Shown here: one piece after another, positions 63,027 to 64,000 of the stretch | Numbering within the stretch: position 1 is the stretch's first letter | Layout: each line of letters opens with the position of its first letter | NCBI GenBank assembly: GCA_019748135.1 | Contig: JAIEPZ010000018.1 | Span: 12,902 to 76,901 of the forward strand | Direction of reading: 5' to 3' | Source: Hyphomicrobiales bacterium | Lineage (GTDB): Bacteria > Pseudomonadota > Alphaproteobacteria > Rhizobiales > UBA4765 | Length of the DNA stretch: 64,000 nt | Notes under the pieces: generated by a model | Seen by the model: the letters and a program-made list of their open reading frames with translations, nothing else | Databases searched by the model: none | Told to the model about the DNA's origin: nothing | Translations under genes and position numbers: made by a program

Positions 63027-64000
63027 ATGCGAAATCTCGTGAGTGACGTCATCGGAGTGACTGTCGGCCATGCCGGCGATGATCGCCTCATATCAGGCGT
63101 CACCGCTCTGGTGTTTGACCGCCCGGCAGTCGCCAGTGTCGATATTCGTGGCGGCGCCTCCGGCAGTCGTGAAAGCGACCTCCTGCGGCCCGAACGTCTG
63201 GTTGAACATATCGATGCCATTATTCTTTCCGGCGGCTCGGCCTTTGGCCTCGATGCGGCATCAGGTGCCATGGCGGCGCTGGCGAAAACGGGGCGCGGCT
63301 ATGCGGTTGGCCCGGCGCGCGTGCCGATTGTACCGGCAGCCATTCTCTTTGATCTGCTCAATGGCGGGAATAAAGCCTGGGGCGACTATCCGCCCTATCG
63401 CGAACTGGGCGCGGCCGCCGTCATTGCCGCAGGCGGGGATTTTACGCTCGGCAGCGTCGGCGCCGGGCTTGGCGCCACGATCGCTGATCTGAAAGGCGGC
63501 CTTGGGTCGGCTTCCGCCATCACCGCCGCCGGTCAGACCATCGGTGCGCTGGTCGCCGTCAATGCTGTCGGCCGGGTGACGATGGGCGATAGCCGCCATT
63601 TCTGGGCAGCCCCCTTCGAGATCGACAGCGAATTTGGCGGCCATGGCCTGCCGCCTGACCTCGTGCCCGCAACCACGACGCTCGTGCTCAAAGGGGGAAT
63701 CGGCCAGTCAACGACCCTTGCGGTTATAGCCACTGACGCCACACTCACCAAGACCCAGTGCCGCCAGCTTGCCATGATGGCGCAGGACGGATTGGCGCGC
63801 GCGATCTACCCTGTCCACACCCTCCATGACGGCGACACCGTCTTTGCCGCCGCCACCGGGCACCGCCCCGCACCCAAGAATGCCGGCGAGATGACGCTGC
63901 TGGGCGCCCTTGCCGCCAACACGCTGGCCCGCGCCATCGCCCGCGCCATCTATGAGGCAGCCGACGACAATGGCTCGCCGCTCCTGCCAAGCTATCGCCA
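63027..64000 (+). CDS. P1/S58 (DmpA-like) aminopeptidase family protein, 3'-truncated by the window end
   Basis: My own translation from the ATG at 63027 reads 'MRNLVSDVIGVTVGHAGDDRLISGVTALVF...DIRGGASGSRESDLL...ILSGGSAFGLDAA...GQSTTLAVIATDATL'. The frame stays open to the window end; it is absent from the ORF track because it has no stop. Confidence 0.82.
   Translation, partial: MRNLVSDVIGVTVGHAGDDRLISGVTALVFDRPAVASVDIRGGASGSRESDLLRPERLVEHIDAIILSGGSAFGLDAASGAMAALAKTGRGYAVGPARVPIVPAAILFDLLNGGNKAWGDYPPYRELGAAAVIAAGGDFTLGSVGAGLGATIADLKGGLGSASAITAAGQTIGALVAVNAVGRVTMGDSRHFWAAPFEIDSEFGGHGLPPDLVPATTTLVLKGGIGQSTTLAVIATDATLTKTQCRQLAMMAQDGLARAIYPVHTLHDGDTVFAAATGHRPAPKNAGEMTLLGALAANTLARAIARAIYEAADDNGSPLLPSYR

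Noticed and set aside
1-64000. CRISPR arrays, rRNA genes, transposases, integrases, phage structural genes, and recognised defence enzymes (reverse transcriptases, cyclases, restriction-modification).
   Set aside because: A read-through of all intergenic regions and the ORF track showed no regularly spaced direct repeats and no such protein signatures. The only mobile-looking items are the MITE-like element and the low-GC block reported above.

Overview
This is a GC-rich chromosomal segment, roughly 60%+ G+C by eye. Gene content and protein signatures suggest an alphaproteobacterium, probably Hyphomicrobiales/Rhizobiales. Taxonomy is inferred only from gene families and synteny.

Housekeeping genes: nifU-like, yidD and thrS in one operon, then folE, hisI, cysE, a thiolase, gpt, map, radC and tRNA-Leu(UAA).

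Larger blocks:
(i) A PAS / PilZ / LapG-like BTLCP neighbourhood, 9.4-12.3 kb. It contains an ~800-bp non-coding gap holding a MITE-like element.
(ii) A compact four-gene operon at 25.1-29.2 kb: circularly permuted ATP-grasp, alpha-E, transglutaminase and an Anbu proteasome homologue. It is a predicted peptide-ligation/proteolysis system with, to my knowledge, no assigned physiological role.
(iii) A small accessory patch at 30.5-33.4 kb: ParD/ParE, an orphan Hsp70-family ATPase, and a RelB/DinJ antitoxin. The expected toxin slot of the antitoxin is occupied by a ~0.4-kb low-GC insertion encoding a two-TM protein and bordered by short repeats.
(iv) A translationally coupled DUF547-SRPBCC-GT2 operon followed by a Cys-rich secreted peptide.
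(v) An arsenic locus with an ArsR-ArsC fusion, an aquaglyceroporin and a divergent MFS transporter.
(vi) A ~10-kb form-II (AYRGAGR) CoxSLM-type molybdenum hydroxylase cluster with CoxD/E, XdhC and MocA-like maturation genes. Two LysE exporters are embedded in it.
(vii) livHMGF, a membrane ORF and livJ, followed by ccdA and a partial S58/DmpA peptidase.

I saw no CRISPR array, transposase, integrase or rRNA. Most long antisense ORFs in the track are GC-bias artefacts. All family calls come from motif recognition by eye, not from searches.
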